A stretch of 64,000 bases of DNA from Eledone cirrhosa (GCA_964016885.1 OZ024741.1:99200001-99264000); one strand, 5' to 3'; positions 15,935-30,893 are shown, counted from the first letter of the stretch. The notes: generated by a model from the letters alone, not told the origin. Made by a program: numbers and translations.

Positions 15935-17181
15935 TTGTGGTGACGATGGTGGCATACACTGGTGGTAGTTGTGGTGACGATGGTGGCAATGGTGGCATAC
16001 ACTGGTGGTAGTTGTGACGACGATGGTGGCAATGGTGGCATACACTGGTGGTAGTTGTGACGACGATGGTGGCAATGGTGGCATACACTGGTGGTAGTTG
16101 TGACGACGATGGTGGAAATGGTGGCATACACTGGTGGTAGTTGTGACGACGATGGTAGAAATGGTGGCATACACTGGTGGTAGTTGTGACGACGATGGTG
16201 GCAATGGTGGCATACACTGGTGGTAGTTGTGTCGACGATGGTGGCATACACTGGTGGTAGTTGTGGTGACGATGGTGGCATACACTGGTGGTAGTTGTGT
16301 CGACGATGGTGGCATACACTGGTGGTAGTTGTGGTGACGATGGTGGCATACACTGGTGGTAGTTGTGACGACGATGGTGGCATACACTGATGGTAGTTGT
16401 GACGACGATGGTGGCAATGGTGGCATACACTGGTGGTAGTTGTGACGACGATGGTGGCAATGGTGGCATACACTGGTGGTAGTTGTGACGACGATGGTGG
16501 CAATGGTGGCATACACTGGTGGTAGTTGTGACGACGATAGTGGCAATGGTGGAATACACTGGTGGTAGTTGTGACGACGATGGTGGCAATGGTGGCATAC
16601 ACTGGTGGTAGTTGTGACGACGATGGTGGCAATGGTGGCATACACTGGTGGTAGTTGTGACGACGATGGTGGCAATGGTGGCATACACTGGTGGTAGTTG
16701 TGTCGACGATGGTGGCAATGGTGGCATACACTGGTGGTAGTTGTGACGACGATGGTGGCAATGGTGGCATACACTGGTGGTAGTTGTGACGACGATGGTG
16801 GCATACACTGGTGGTAGTTGTGACGACGATGGTGGCATACACTGGTGGTAGTTGTGGTGACGATGGTGGCATACACTTGTGGTAGTTGTGACGACGATGA
16901 TGGCAATGGTGGCATACACTGGTGGTAGTTGTGACGACGATGGTGGCAATGGTGGCATACACTGGTGGTAGTTGTGACGACGATGGTGGCAATGGTGGCA
17001 TACACTGGTGGTAGTTGTGGTGACGATGGTGGCATACACTTGTGGTAGTTGTGACGACGATGGTGGCATACACTGGTGGTAGTTGTGGTGACGATGGTGG
17101 CAATGGTGGCATACACTGGTGGTAGTTGTGGTGACGATGGTGGCAATGGTGGCATACACTGGTGGTAGTTGTGACGACGAT
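15935..17181. repeat. Minisatellite with 39/30-bp units
   Basis: Unit GACGATGGTGGC(AATGGTGGC)ATACACTGGTGGTAGTTGTGAC repeated more than 30 times. Confidence 0.95.
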
Positions 17182-17427
17182 GTGTTTTGGTGATGGTGCA
17201 GTTGGTGGTATGTTGGAGTGTTGACCGTGGATGTGATTTGTCGTTGTTGTGCCCATGTCGATATATGTAGTCTATGTTTACTGCTATGGTTGCTGTTGCT
17301 GCTGTTGTTTAACTTCATTTAACCTGATTGAACATATCTACGTCAAAAGGCATTCCAGCCATGACCCCCTTCCCCCCGTCGATATTTGAGGCATATTGTA
17401 CTCAAAACTGCGTTATATTATTACTAT

Positions 17428-17850
17428 GGATTTGTGCCTAAAGTAGAAACAATTATTACTATGGATTGGCAGTATTGGTAGAGGGTCGGACGCCATGCTT
17501 TGACGCATAGAGTTACGGCCCTTGCCATTCTGAGTTCAAATCCCGCCAAGGTTGACTTTGCCTTTCATCCTTACGGGGGTCGATAAAATAAAGTACCAGT
17601 AATGTACTGGGTAATTGCTGGCCTTACGCCTAAAATAGAAACAATTATTACTACAATTTGGTGGATTGGCAGTATTGGTAGAGGGTCTGATGCCATGCTT
17701 TGCATCATAGAGTTACGGCCTTTATGATCTGAGTTCAAATCCCGCCGAGGTTAACTTTGCCTTCCATCCTTACGGGGTCGATAAAATAAAGAACCAGTAA
17801 TGCACTGGATAATTACTGGCCTTGTGACAAAATTAGAAACAATTATTACT
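17428..17850 (+). mobile_element. Tandem SINE stack (tail stub + 2 copies)
   Basis: Three successive GAAACAATTATTACTA tails with two full SINE bodies. Confidence 0.9.
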
Positions 17851-19936
17851 ACTGTTTTGTGACAAAACTGTCGGGTTTAGGGGAGATTTTGCTTGCTATT
17901 TCTATCACGTAGAGGCTTCCTCCTTCACAGATTTTGTCGGTTACGTTTAGTTGTTCTGTGGCTAATGGTTGTTGTCGTTGTTGCTGTTGCTTAGTCTGGG
18001 GTTAACACCGTTCTATAAGACAGATCAACTATGTCCCAACCGAGACCCTTCTCTCATTTACTTCAAATGTAGTTAATCTAAAACTACATAATGTTATAAA
18101 TGTCTGTCAGTTTTAGGAGCAGGAAGGTGTGATTGGAGGGATATTTAGCTGATATTTCTAGCAAGTCAAATGACAATATACAGGCTTTCAAATGGAATCA
18201 GTTCTTTCGTGTTTGAGTGGTTTGGGAAGTTATTTATTTTTTGGAGGGTGTGATAGGTGTTATGTTGTTGCTTTTGTTTCTGTGGTTGTAGAGATGGTGG
18301 GGTAGGAGTGGTGGTGGTGGTCTTAGTAGTAGCGGTGGTGGTGGTGGTGGTGATGGTGGTGGTGATTGTGATGGCAGTGTGTCAATGATGATATTGCTGT
18401 TGCTATTGTTGTTGTTTAACTCCAAGTCAGTTCTGATCTACCAGGTTAAATTTGTCGCAGTCGTTACCATCCTGTTCATTTTATACACCTGGAACTCCCA
18501 TACATTGTCTAACGTATAGTTTATTTCATTTAAGATGATAATCTATGTTTTGGGGAAGAATTTACCTGGGGGTTTCTCTTTTTTTTTTTTTTTTCACGGG
18601 GCGAGCGACAGCGTAGAGGCTCCATTGTGAGTTCGGGTAATGGAAGTATTTAATATTTGCTAGCTATTTTGTTGGTTGTAAAATTTTTGTCTCTTATGAT
18701 GCTTAATTATGTTATCAGGGTCGGGTTATGACCGACTGATGCTTTAAACAAAACTCCAAATGGTGACCTTGCCAACTTTCCATTGTCTAACTGACAAGAC
18801 ATTAAGAGATAATAATTGCTAAATGCTAATTTATAGATGTTATATTCAGTATGTATCCAAATTGTCACCCTGACTCGACCGCAGGAGTATATTAAATATA
18901 ACCTTCAATATAACCTCATCGGGTGGAGGGGTCATTGATGATGTTCTGAGTTGTAGTGGTAGTGCTACTTGTGATTGTAACAGTGATGGTATTTGAGAAG
19001 ATAGTAATATTGTGGTTATGGATTTAGTGATTGTAACAGTGATGCTGTTGCGCTAGCGATGGTTTTGATGATGGAAGTGACAGTGGTTGTTTATATGATA
19101 GCAGATGTAAAGATAATTGCTGTGATGTGATGGAGTGATGGTGACTGTAGTTTGCTATTTAAACCCAAGTAAACCCTGATCGAATTGAAATATGATCAAG
19201 GGCATTCCAGCCTTCATCATTCAGTCTTATTAAGGATGTGTACAATTATTTAAACTAATGTATCATTAGTAGAACATTCACTGCTTTTACTAGGATACTT
19301 AGTAACTATTTATATGCTTCCTTGCTGCGTAAAGATAGTAGTAATGATGATTGTGGCGAATATAGTAGATAGGGGGTGTCGTTGTAATGCTGATTGTTAT
19401 CGCTGTAATATTGATTGTAATAGTAGCTACAGAAGTGATAATGTATGCGATGGTGATAGTGGCTATGGAAGGTGATAGTGTATGCGATGGTGATGTTTGT
19501 GGTTGTGGTGATAAACCTGACAGTATATGTGTTAGTGGCTTGTGATTTTGGTGTAAACGAGGATAAGGGATGTAGAGGTGACGTTCATAGTGGTGGTTGT
19601 GGTGATCATGGTTGCGAGAGCGGTGATGGTGATACCAATATCGATGGTTTGCAGGACGACGGTGGTGATGGTGATTGTACTGTCTAGAGTGTTGAGAGTG
19701 GTGGCATGTATTGTACATTACATTATATGGCTTCCCATTAATTTACTATTTTGAATTATTGGCGAGTTACTGAAGTGATGTATTATTGGAGAAAAAGAAG
19801 AGTAAGGTATATTGTATGTAGACATGAAACGTAACATGTATAATAAGCACACATATACACATCAATATGATCACACACTCTCGAATATATATATATTTTC
19901 ACTTCTATTTATATATATATATATTATCACTTCTAT

Positions 19937-19995
<59 letters not shown>

Positions 19996-20151
19996 CTTCT
20001 ATTTACACAGCTGATATAACACTGTATTTTAGAGTATGTTTAGGTAAATGCCTTATGCTTGGAATCACAAGCTATTCATATACGTAACCATTAAACTAGA
20101 TGTAAAACTTTACCCAGAATTGGAAAAGGACACAGACAACTCCTCCTTCCT

Positions 20152-20316
<165 letters not shown>

Positions 20317-20337
20317 TATATACATGTATATATATAC

Positions 20338-20399
<62 letters not shown>

Positions 20400-20541
20400 T
20401 ATATACATGTATATATATACATATATATATAATATATATATATACATCTGAAGATATGTATATATATATGAGATATGTACATATCTTCATAAGTATACAT
20501 ATATATATATATATATATATGAAGATATGTGTGTATATATA

Positions 20542-20636
<95 letters not shown>

Positions 20637-20729
20637 ATATATGAAGGTATGTGTGTGTATATATATATATACGTCATATACTCAAACATACGCGCATAGA
20701 AGTACAAGTGTGATCATATACTCACATAT

Positions 20730-20777
<48 letters not shown>

Positions 20778-21147
20778 ACACACACACACACACACATGTA
20801 TATATATTTCGTTTTCCTGTTTAATTTGTAAGATTCTTAATGTGAAATAGTGTAATGAAGCAGATATTGTTATACTTTGAGAGGTTATGTTGCCAATAGA
20901 ATCACAGACACCAATTGAGTTTCACTTGAGCTTATTATTAGTTGATTAATTCATTCATCAGTTAGTTTAATAACTGGTTGGTTGTTTAATTGTTAATAGT
21001 CAAAACTCTTTCGTCACATATCCTGTGACCATCTTAATGACAATTATTGCTCCTTTGAGTCTCTTCTTTGTTCCGATCTAATTCTATCTACTTAATTTTG
21101 GCTTAAGTAATTAAACTAACTAATGAATGAATTACACACTCAACTAA

Positions 21148-21322
21148 TAATTATTGCTACTTTTGGCACAAGGCCAGCAATTACCCCAGTGCATTACTGG
21201 TGCTTTATTTTATCGACCCCGTAAGGATGAAAGGCAAAGCTAACCTCGACAGGATTGGAACTCAGAAGTGAAGGGTCGTAACTCTATGCCGCAAAGCAAG
21301 ATGTCCAGCGCTCTAGCAATCC
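21148..21322 (-). mobile_element. tRNA-derived SINE
   Basis: Reverse-complement match to the family consensus. Confidence 0.85.
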
Positions 21323-22158
21323 AACTGAAGGGAATCTCAACTGGTGCGCGAGTATTTACTAGTTATATGACCCTCCCAAAGTATAAGAAAAAGAAAGAGT
21401 TCAAGAAAAAAATAGTATGGGAGAATAAAGCATGTGGTAAGAGATGAGAGGCATGACGTAAAACAGGTGTGTATACTCTTTCATTTTCCCACAAACAATA
21501 TTTTCAATTTAATATAACTGTGTATAGATATTTTGTTTGCATTTGTAACTACAATTTCATATTTCAAAAATATTAAACAAAATTGCATATTTTCAAAAGT
21601 GAAATGGTATTACACTACTTCTTTTATAATTGATTAAACATTCCGTTCTTTAATTTGTTTTCGTATAATAAAATCTTACGTCCAATAGTAATCGATATTT
21701 TTGTTGGAAGAACTAACTTTCAGTGGTCTCAAGTTTTCTATATCTGAGTTTTATTATTGGAAATATTATATATTCTTAATTCATTGTCAGTTTAAAAAGT
21801 TTCTTCCTTAAAAAATAATACACAGGATCCAACATACTTATGTAATGCAAAATGTTGTCAAAGACATCAAACTCGTTCTTACTAATTAACGTACACCATA
21901 AAAATTAGTGTAAATTGGTTTTGTGAGAGATTGACTTTATATATCTTAGAAAAATGTGTTTTGACCAATGTAATTTGATAGCATGTAGTAATTTCATTTT
22001 ATATCCTACTTGTAACTTTTTAAAATCAAATGATGATTCAAAGTTTTATACATGGGTCATTAAATTCAATGACAATATTGGAAATAAAGAAAGAAAAAAT
22101 GTATTTTCGATAATGAAGCAAAAAATACAAACACAATAAAATCAGCAGCAGTATTTTC

Positions 22159-22463
22159 AATAATTGTTTCTACTTTTGGCACAAGATCAGCAAATACCCA
22201 GTGCATTACTGGTACTTTATTTTATCGACCTCGTAAGGATGAAAGGCAAAGTTAACCTTGACTGGATTTGAACTCAGATCATAAAGGGCCGTAACACTTT
22301 GCTGCAAAGCATGACGTCCGACCCTCTACCGATACTGCCAATTCAGCGCAGTATTTTCAATAATTGTTTCTACTTTTGACACAAGGCCAGCAATTATCCC
22401 AGTGTATTACTGGTACTTTATTTTATCGACCCCGTAAGGATGAAAGGCAAAGTTAACCTCGGC
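22159..22463 (-). mobile_element. Tandem SINE pair
   Basis: One full and one 5'-truncated copy, each preceded by GCAGTATTTTCAATAATTG. Confidence 0.9.
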
Positions 22464-23904
22464 AATGGAACCAAATAACAAAAAGAAAAGAATAGGAAGC
22501 AGGAAAAGTCAGTATCGCCCACAAACCAATAGTATTTTATAATTTATCAAGTGTGCATTTCACTATACTTAGTAAAAAGAAAAATAATAATAATGCTCAA
22601 TACATTTTAGAATTTACTGTTCCGTTCTAAGTGGAATCTTCAAAGAAAATAGACAGTTTGTTCAAAACTAAATACGATTTATATATATATATATGTGTGT
22701 GTGTGTATGTATATATATGTGTGTCTGTGTATGTGTATACGTGTGTGTATGTACATGTGTGTGTGTGTGTGTGTGTGTGTACGTGTGTGTGGGGGGGGGG
22801 GGGGTACGTATAACTATATAACATATATACATATTAAATTTCTTTGAACGAGAGAAAAAGAAAATAACCATAACCAGATAACGAATAGCAGCTATAGTCC
22901 TCATCAGCCGCCTAACTGGCATAGATTAGTGTGATTTTGTACTATTACTGGTAAAATGTAACGCACATTGAACTCTAAAACATGATTCTATTACACGTCG
23001 TATATAACCGTGAAATTCTGTATATTTCATAAAATGCTACAAAACTTTATTTGTCGCTGTTTTCCACAATTTCCAGTGGATCGTAATTACACTTTGAAAG
23101 AACTTATCTACTTCAAATAACTTAACAAAATCAGTCTAAATTTTAAAAGTTCATTTCATTCACTATTCAGATTTTTTTTCCTTTAACTTTGTTAATACAT
23201 TAAAATTTCCCCAACAACAACAGCAACAGCAGCAGCAACAGCCGCAACCACAACAATGATCACTAAAAAAAACTGTGCCAACCATAGAACCAATAAAATT
23301 ATACAAAACATATCCCATACATATTATGGAAAATTATTCTGATTATTCTATATAATATTAGTTGATAGAGAACTATACATGAAACATTTCTACTTACATC
23401 TTTAGTTGAAATAAAATAGTTTTCGACAATAAATTATTTTATGAATCAATAGAGATGATTGTAGAGAGAGAATTTGTTTTATTTTCTGAAGAGATTCGTT
23501 TACTTCTGAGGTACTATTAATATCAGCGGAACAAAAGCGAGAAAGTATGCTTTACAACTTGGAGAGGGAAACGTTAGAGGATTATAAAGGAATAAAGAGC
23601 ATGGAAATTAAAGAAAAGGGAATAGAGAGAGGAGGGAAAATAAAATATTAGTCAGATGAGAGTATGATTTCTATGTGTGTGTGCTTTTACATGTGTATGT
23701 ATATGAATATAAACATGAAAACTACGCATACATAGACACACGCGGGTATGCATATGCACATGCACATGTTAAAAACCATCGGAGTTCTGTTGATGAACTT
23801 ACATCAAAAAAATATTCAATTAAAATGTTAATTTTCCATAAAAAGGTATTATGTTAGTTAATAAAAGATAAATACCGCCACTAACAGCGAACAACTTCAT
23901 CGTT

Positions 23905-24140
23905 ATACACATATTAAGCAACGGAAGAACCTGCTTATAACATTAACGTGAAATTGGCTGAGGAGTCTACAGACACGTGTACCCTTAAAGTAGCTCTCAG
24001 CTGCACAATGTGTGGGAAAGCTGGTCCTTTGAATTACAGATAAAACACATTTTTGGACGAAAATAAAGCAACGCGCTGACGGGAATTTAACTCATGATCT
24101 TATGGTTGTGAGTCGCCAACCCTAACCATATATTGGGTCG
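23905..24140 (-). mobile_element. Old, diverged second tRNA-derived SINE family
   Basis: Reverse-complemented B-box-like GGGAATTTAACTC and a tRNA-like head near 24075-24140. Confidence 0.4.
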
Positions 24141-25180
24141 TCAAGTATGAAATGTGTAGAAATTTGTTTTTTTTTCTACAAATTTCTACAAATTCCATAC
24201 TTGACGGTCCAATACATATAGAGAGAGCTACATTGAATGAGACAGGTAGACAGACGAACAAATAAACAGACACAATGCATTTGAAATTGAGCATTTTCAT
24301 AAGACTGACAATCAATAAAACTAGAAAATATTGAAAATGTGCAAGAGGCTTTAGCTGGAGGCATTCTTTATTTTGCAATAATCATCTGTCATCTTTGGTA
24401 ATGGCCGGGGAAGAAGAGCTTTAGTTTGGAAACGGAGTAGTTATTGTTTTTGTTGCCTAATTTTGGTTCTTTTCTTTTGGCACCTTTTGATAATTTGGTC
24501 CGAGTTGTTAGAGTATTGGTGAGAGTGGTAGTGCAGTGAGAAGGTGAAAAGAGCGACTGAAGAACTTCAATTTTGTTTTGTTTTGTTTTGTTTTTAAATA
24601 TATTTTCAATGATGGTGGGAGAAGAAGGAAAGAGAGGGGGAGAGGGAGAAGATGGGGGAAGAGAGAGAGAGGGCAGAGAAGAGGAGTATAGGGAGAGAGG
24701 GTAGAGAGAGACAGGGGTAGAGAGAGAGAGGGGGGGGGGTCAGGGAGAGAGAGAGGAAGAGATTTTTTTGTTGTATTTTGTATGGTTTACTTTGTTTCAA
24801 ATATATTTTCAATGATGGCAGGAGAAGAAGGAAAGAGAGAAAGAGGAGGCAGTGAGAGGGGAGATAGAGAGCAGAGAGGTGAGCAGAGAGAGAGGAAGGG
24901 AGAGAGAGAGAGACAGGAGTAGAGAGAGAGATGGCCAGGGAGAGAGAGATGGCCAGGGAGAGAGAGATGGCCAGGGAGAGAGAGAGGGCCAGAGAGAGAG
25001 AGCTAGTTGAACGTTGTTCTCTATCTGAATGGCGGTAGTGTAATGGTGCGGTAGGTCAATTATTTGGCTGGTTAGTGAAGAATATAGAGTGACGTAATCT
25101 AGAGGTAGAGGGTATAATGGTGGGATTTGGGGTAGATTATAAAATGTAAGCTGGATTGGACGTGTGATAGTGGTTATAGG

Positions 25181-26390
25181 ATGGTGGTGGTGGTATTGGT
25201 GGTGGTGGTACTGGTGCTGGTGGTGGTGGTGGTAGTGGTATTGGTGGTGGTGGTACTGGTGCTGGTGGTGGTGGTGGTATTGGTGGTGGTGGTGGTGGTG
25301 GTGGTATTGGTGATAGTGGTGGTGGTGGTGGTGGTGGTGGTGGTGGTGGTGGTGGTGGTGGTGGTGGTGGTGGTGGTAGTGGTAGTGGTATTGGTGGTGG
25401 TGGTGGTATTGGTGGTGGTGGTGGTATTGGTGGTGGTGGTACTGGTGCTGGTGGTGGTGGTGGTATTGGTGGTGGTGGTGGTGGTGGTGGTGGTGGTGGT
25501 GGTATTGGTGGTGGTGGTGGTGGTGGTGGTGGTGGTGGTATTGGTGGTGGTGGTGGTAGTGGTGATGGTGGTAGTGGTGGTGGTGGTGGTGCTGGTGGTG
25601 GTGGTGGTATTGGTGGTGGTGGTGGTGGTGGTGGTGGTGGTGGTGGTGGTGGTGGTGGTGGTGGTGGTGGTGGTGGTATTGGTGGTGGTGGTACTGGTGC
25701 TGGTGGTGGTGGTATTGGTGGTGGTGGTGGTGGTGGTGGTGGTGGTGGTGGTAGTGGTGGCGGAGATTATTGTGGTGGTGGTTGTGATGGTGGTGGTATT
25801 GGTGGGGGTGGTGGTAGTTGTGGTGGTGGAGATGATGGTGGTGGTGGTGGTGATGATGGTGGTGGTAGTTGGTGATGGTGGTGGTGGTGGTGGTGGTGGT
25901 GATGGTGGTATTGGTGGTGGTGGTGGTGGTGGTGGTGATGGTGGTATTGGTGGTGGTGGTGGTGGTATTGGTGGTGGTGGTGGTAGTTGTGGTGGTGGAG
26001 GTGATGGTGGTGGTAGTGGTGGTGGTGGTAGTTGTGGTGGTGGAGGTGATGGTGGTGGTAGTGGTGATGGTGGTGGTGGTGGTGATGGTGGTAGTGGTGG
26101 TGGTGGTGGTGGTGGTGGTGATGGTGGTATTGGTGGTGGTGGTGGTGGTGGTGGTGGTGGTGGTGGGGATGGTATTGGTGGTGGTGGTGGTGATGGTGGT
26201 GGTATTGGTGGTGGTGGTGGTAGTTGTGGTGGTGGAAGTGATGGTGGTGGTGGTGGTGGTGATGGTGGTAGTGGTGGTGGTGATAGTGGTGGAGGTGATG
26301 GTGGTGGTGGTGGTGGTGATGATGGTGGTGGTAGTGGTGATGGTGGTAGTGGTGGTGGTGGTGATGGTGATGGTGATGGTGTGATGGTGC
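25181..26390. repeat. (GGT)n low-complexity tract
   Basis: Direct reading. Confidence 0.95.
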
Positions 26391-26631
26391 GTGGATTCGT
26401 ACTCCCCACCACACCACCCCTCACCTCAATAACATTATTATCATCCACATTCCCTTCCTCATACTCACTCTCACTTCTGTTGCTATTGGTTACAATGATG
26501 ATTGATGACGTATTTCATTTGTTTTCAAATTCTGGCATTGTTATTGGGGGTTTTTTTTTTTTTTGTAGGTGTTGCTGTTGTTATTGTTGTTGTCGTCGTT
26601 TGTTTTATTTTGTTGATTTTGTGGATTGGAG

Positions 26632-27440
26632 TGGGGTGCAGAATAAGTAGAGCGTCGGACAACATGCTTTGTGGCACAGAGTTGCGCCCCTTTACGTTCT
26701 GAGTTCAAATCCCACTGAAGTTAACATTGCCTTTAATCCTTACAGGGTCGATAAAATAAAGCACCAGTAATACAGAGGAAATTGCTGGCCTTGTGCCAAA
26801 AGTAGAAACAATTATTATTGTTGTTGTTGTTCTTATTCTTCTTCTTCTTCTTCTTCTTCTTCTTCTTCTTCTTCTTCTTCTTCTTCTTCTTCTTCTTCTT
26901 GGTTTTATTGTTGCTCTAGCAATTGCTACTGTTACATTGTTGCCTTTGTTTGTGCCATTGCTATTTTCATTGCTGTGGTTGTTGTTATCGTTGTTCTAAG
27001 TATTGCTTCTATTATGTTGTTGTCAGTCTTGAATAAACAGACTCTTGATCAAAGCCATTTCATCATTGCAGGTAGAGGGTCGGACACATAGAGTTATAGC
27101 CCTTTACGTTCTGAGTTCAGATCCCGCCGAGATTAACTTTGCTTTCATCCTTACGGGGTCGATAAAATAAAGTACCAGTAATATACTAAAGTAATTGCTG
27201 GCCTTGTGCCAAAACTAGACACAATTATTATTGTTGTTGTTCTTCTTGGTTTTAATGCTGCTCCAACAATTGCTACTGTTACATTGTTGCTTTTCTTTTT
27301 GCCATTGTTACTTTTATTGCTGTGGTTGTTGTTATCGTTGTTCTAAGTATTGCTTCTATTTGTGTTGTTGTTACTGTTTAGCCTCGTGTCAGTCTTGAAT
27401 AAACAGACTCTTAATCAAAGCTATTTCATCCTTGAAGGTA
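26632..27440 (+). mobile_element. Two SINE copies within a local tandem duplication
   Basis: The SINE plus ~200 bp of downstream flank (GCAATTGCTACTGTTACATTG...GAATAAACAGACTCTT) occurs twice. Confidence 0.8.
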
Positions 27441-27442
27441 GA

Positions 27443-27735
27443 ACTACATTATACAATGTAGTCCTACATTATATAATATAGTCCTACATTATATAATATA
27501 GTCTTACATTATATAATATAGTCCTACATTATATAATATGGTCCTACATTATATCATGTGGGACCGTATTATATAATGTAGGGCTATATTATATAATGTA
27601 GGACTGCATTGTATAATGTAGGACTGCATTATATAATGTAGGCCTATATTATATAATATAGGACTGCATTATTTAATGTAGGACTATATTATATAATGTA
27701 GGACTATATTATATAATGTAGGACTATATTATATG
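27443..27735. repeat. 20-bp minisatellite that inverts midway
   Basis: GTCCTACATTATATAATATA units to ~27557, then reverse-complement units (TATATTATATAATGTAGGAC) to ~27735. Confidence 0.9.
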
Positions 27736-28466
27736 ATGTTCTTTGTTTAAGGCGGTGAAGTGTGATTTGAGGGAAATATGGTGTTTACACTCAGCAGGCA
27801 AGGTGACCACGCAGAGACTCTTTGCTTCTGTAATGTATAGTAGTTATAGGGGTTTTAACAGTGACGATATAGTGATGATGATGATGATGATGATGAGAAG
27901 AAGAAGAAGAAGAAGAAGAAGAAGAAGAAGAAGAAGAAGAAGAAGAAGAAGAAGAAGAAGAAGAAGAAGAAGAAGAAGAGGAGGAGGAGGAGGAGGGGGA
28001 GAGGCTTCTCGGGGAGGAGCGGATGAAGAGGAGGAGGAGAGGGAACGAAGGGAGGAGGGAGGGGGGAGTAGGATAAATGCTCTATATGATGGCTATACAT
28101 CAGGTACCCGTCGTACGTTTGGGTGCGGGGAATGAGGATACACACGTATACATAGATACGTACATACAGAGAGACAGACAGACAGATAAATAGATAGAGA
28201 GAGAGGGAGGGATATATGTATACATATATGTATATATATAGATATATATATGTGTTATATATCTATATATATATATAGATAGATATAGATATATATGTGA
28301 TAAACTTTGAGATTTGTGCTTAGTCTCTCTCCCTATATATATATACTATAAATTTAAAGGAAATCATTTTCTTTACTAGAACAGTTACATGACAAAGCTA
28401 CAAAATAACAATTACAAAATTCTAAACATTAAATTCGATCATTATACAGCACATTTTACGTGTCAT

Positions 28467-28582
<116 letters not shown>

Positions 28583-28902
28583 TCTCACTCTCTCTCTCTC
28601 ACTCTCACCTTTCTTCACTTTCTCCAACCTCACTCTTCCTCGCTCTCCCTCTCATAACACATATATACAGACATAGATATCGTTCTTTTCAGGTGGAAAA
28701 AAAAAATGTTCGTTTTAATAGCACTGTTGATCCCTTCCTTCGGATATCATCATCATCGTCATCGTCGATATCAAAATAATGTTGTTGAGGCTATTGATTT
28801 TTTTTTTTGGGGGGGGGGGGCATTTGTAAACGGTATTATTGATATTTACTATTGTTGGTGTTGCTGTTGTTGTTCTTGTTCTTATATGTGTGTATGTACG
28901 TA

Positions 28903-29039
<137 letters not shown>

Positions 29040-29124
29040 GTGTGTGTGTGTGTGTTTTAAGTGTGTGTGAGAGAGAGGGTGGAGGGAGATTGAAAATGGA
29101 AACGGCAATGAAATAAAATAATCT

Positions 29125-29155
<31 letters not shown>

Positions 29156-29654
29156 AAGAAGAATGATTGTAGTTGTGGGGGTGATGATATTAATAAAGTG
29201 ATAATATATTTTAAAAAAATGAAAAAATATATAATACAAAAGCAAAAACGATGAAAATGAAATCTCCCCTGAAAGTGCACTCAACTGAAAGTTATCGTCT
29301 GCATAGCAGACAATAATGCAACCTCAACGTGACAAAATGATTAATTTCAATATATCACTATAGAAGAACCCCCCAATGCCTTTATTCACATGATTTTAGA
29401 TGATATTTTAACGCTAAATGATCTGCTGACATCAAATAAAGAATCCATGCAATTCTTTTACAGCATGTATCGTTGTCTTTGATGAGACTAGCGTTTAAAA
29501 TGTTCTCAAATATCCGAATGTGATGGAGCGTAGAGATTTCGATCTTATAAGGTTCAATTTGCATATTATATATGCTTCCGTAAGCAATTTTTAGAGAAAG
29601 TAGCTAACGATGTATACATATATATATACACTTACACACACTTACACACATATA

Positions 29655-29722
<68 letters not shown>

Positions 29723-30015
29723 ATATAGAAATGGCTTCTACATGACTATATATATCACAAATATATGTATATATATATATGTGTGTGTGTGTGTATTTAT
29801 ATACATAAATATATGTATGTATATATATATATATATGCGTGTGTGTATTTATATACATAAATATATGTATATATATATATATATATATATGAAGACAAAC
29901 ATAGAATATTCGAAAATATTCTGTATGTTTATAATAAACATTTCGAAGACCCAATCGCTATAGAATAGAATACGTCACGTATGACAATTTGAGATTCTCG
30001 ATAAAAGCAAGGGAA

Positions 30016-30058
30016 GTAACCTACGCGTTTCATTCTTATTAGGAATCATCAGGATTAC
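30016..30058 (-). ncRNA. Type I hammerhead ribozyme (array copy)
   Basis: Reverse complement: GTAATC-CTGATGA-TTCCTAATAAGAAT-GAAAC-GC-GTA-GGTTAC. Confidence 0.8.
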
Positions 30059-30327
30059 ATATCCAGTGCTTTTATCGAGAATGACACAGCTAGAGACTTA
30101 TAGAATACTTAGCTGTGTACAGGAACTGGTTTGAAAGAGCGGTTGCCGGTCCGGCAGAAATTAGAATTTGGATATAATACTCTGAAATAGCGATATATAT
30201 GTGAAGACAAACATAGAATATTCGAAAATATTCTGTATGTTTATAATAAACATTTCGAAGACCCAATCGCTATAGAATAGAATACGTCACGTATTACAAT
30301 TTGAGATTCTCGATAAAAGCAAGGGAA

Positions 30328-30370
30328 GTAACCTACGCGTTTCATTCTTATTAGAAATCATCAGGATTAC
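30328..30370 (-). ncRNA. Type I hammerhead ribozyme (array copy)
   Basis: Same motif 312 bp from the previous copy. Confidence 0.85.
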
Positions 30371-30850
30371 ATATCCAGTGCTTTTATCGAGAATGACACA
30401 GCTAGAGACTTATAGAATACTTAGCTGTGTACAGGAACTGGTTTGAAAGAGCGGTTGCCGGTCCGGCAGAAATTAGAATTTGGATATAATGCTCTGAAAT
30501 AGCGATATATATGTGAAGACAAACATAGAATATTCGAAAATATTCTGTATGTTTATAATAAACATTTCGAAGACCCAATCGCTATAGAATAGAATACGTC
30601 ACGTATTACAATTTGAGATTCTCGATAAAAGCAAGGGAAGTAACCTACGCGTTTCATTCTTATTATAAACATACAGAATATTTTCGAATATTCTATGTTT
30701 GTCTTCACATATATATCGCTATTTCAGAGCATTATATCCAAATTCTAATTTCTGCCGGACCGGCAACCGCTCTTTCAAACCAGTTCCTGTACACAGCTAA
30801 GTATTCTATAAGTCTCTAGCTGTGTCATTCTCGATAAAAGCACTAGATAT

Positions 30851-30893
30851 GTAATCCTGATGATTTCTAATAAGAATGAAACGCGTAGGTTAC
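30851..30893 (+). ncRNA. Type I hammerhead ribozyme (array copy)
   Basis: GTAATC-CTGATGA-TTTCTAATAAGAAT-GAAAC-GC-GTA-GGTTAC; minimal palindromic stem III (ACGCGT). Confidence 0.85.

Noticed and set aside
15935-17181. CRISPR-like regular repeat
   Set aside because: No unique spacers, eukaryotic context, no cas genes; it is a minisatellite.
13754-17318. Long Gly/Ser/Asp-, Val-, Thr- and His/Cys-rich ORFs
   Set aside because: Several frames on both strands are open only because the repeat units lack stops; no signal peptide, splice context or unique domain.
22870-22915. CTGATGAG on the minus strand as a hammerhead
   Set aside because: No suitably placed GAAA or closing stem I found.
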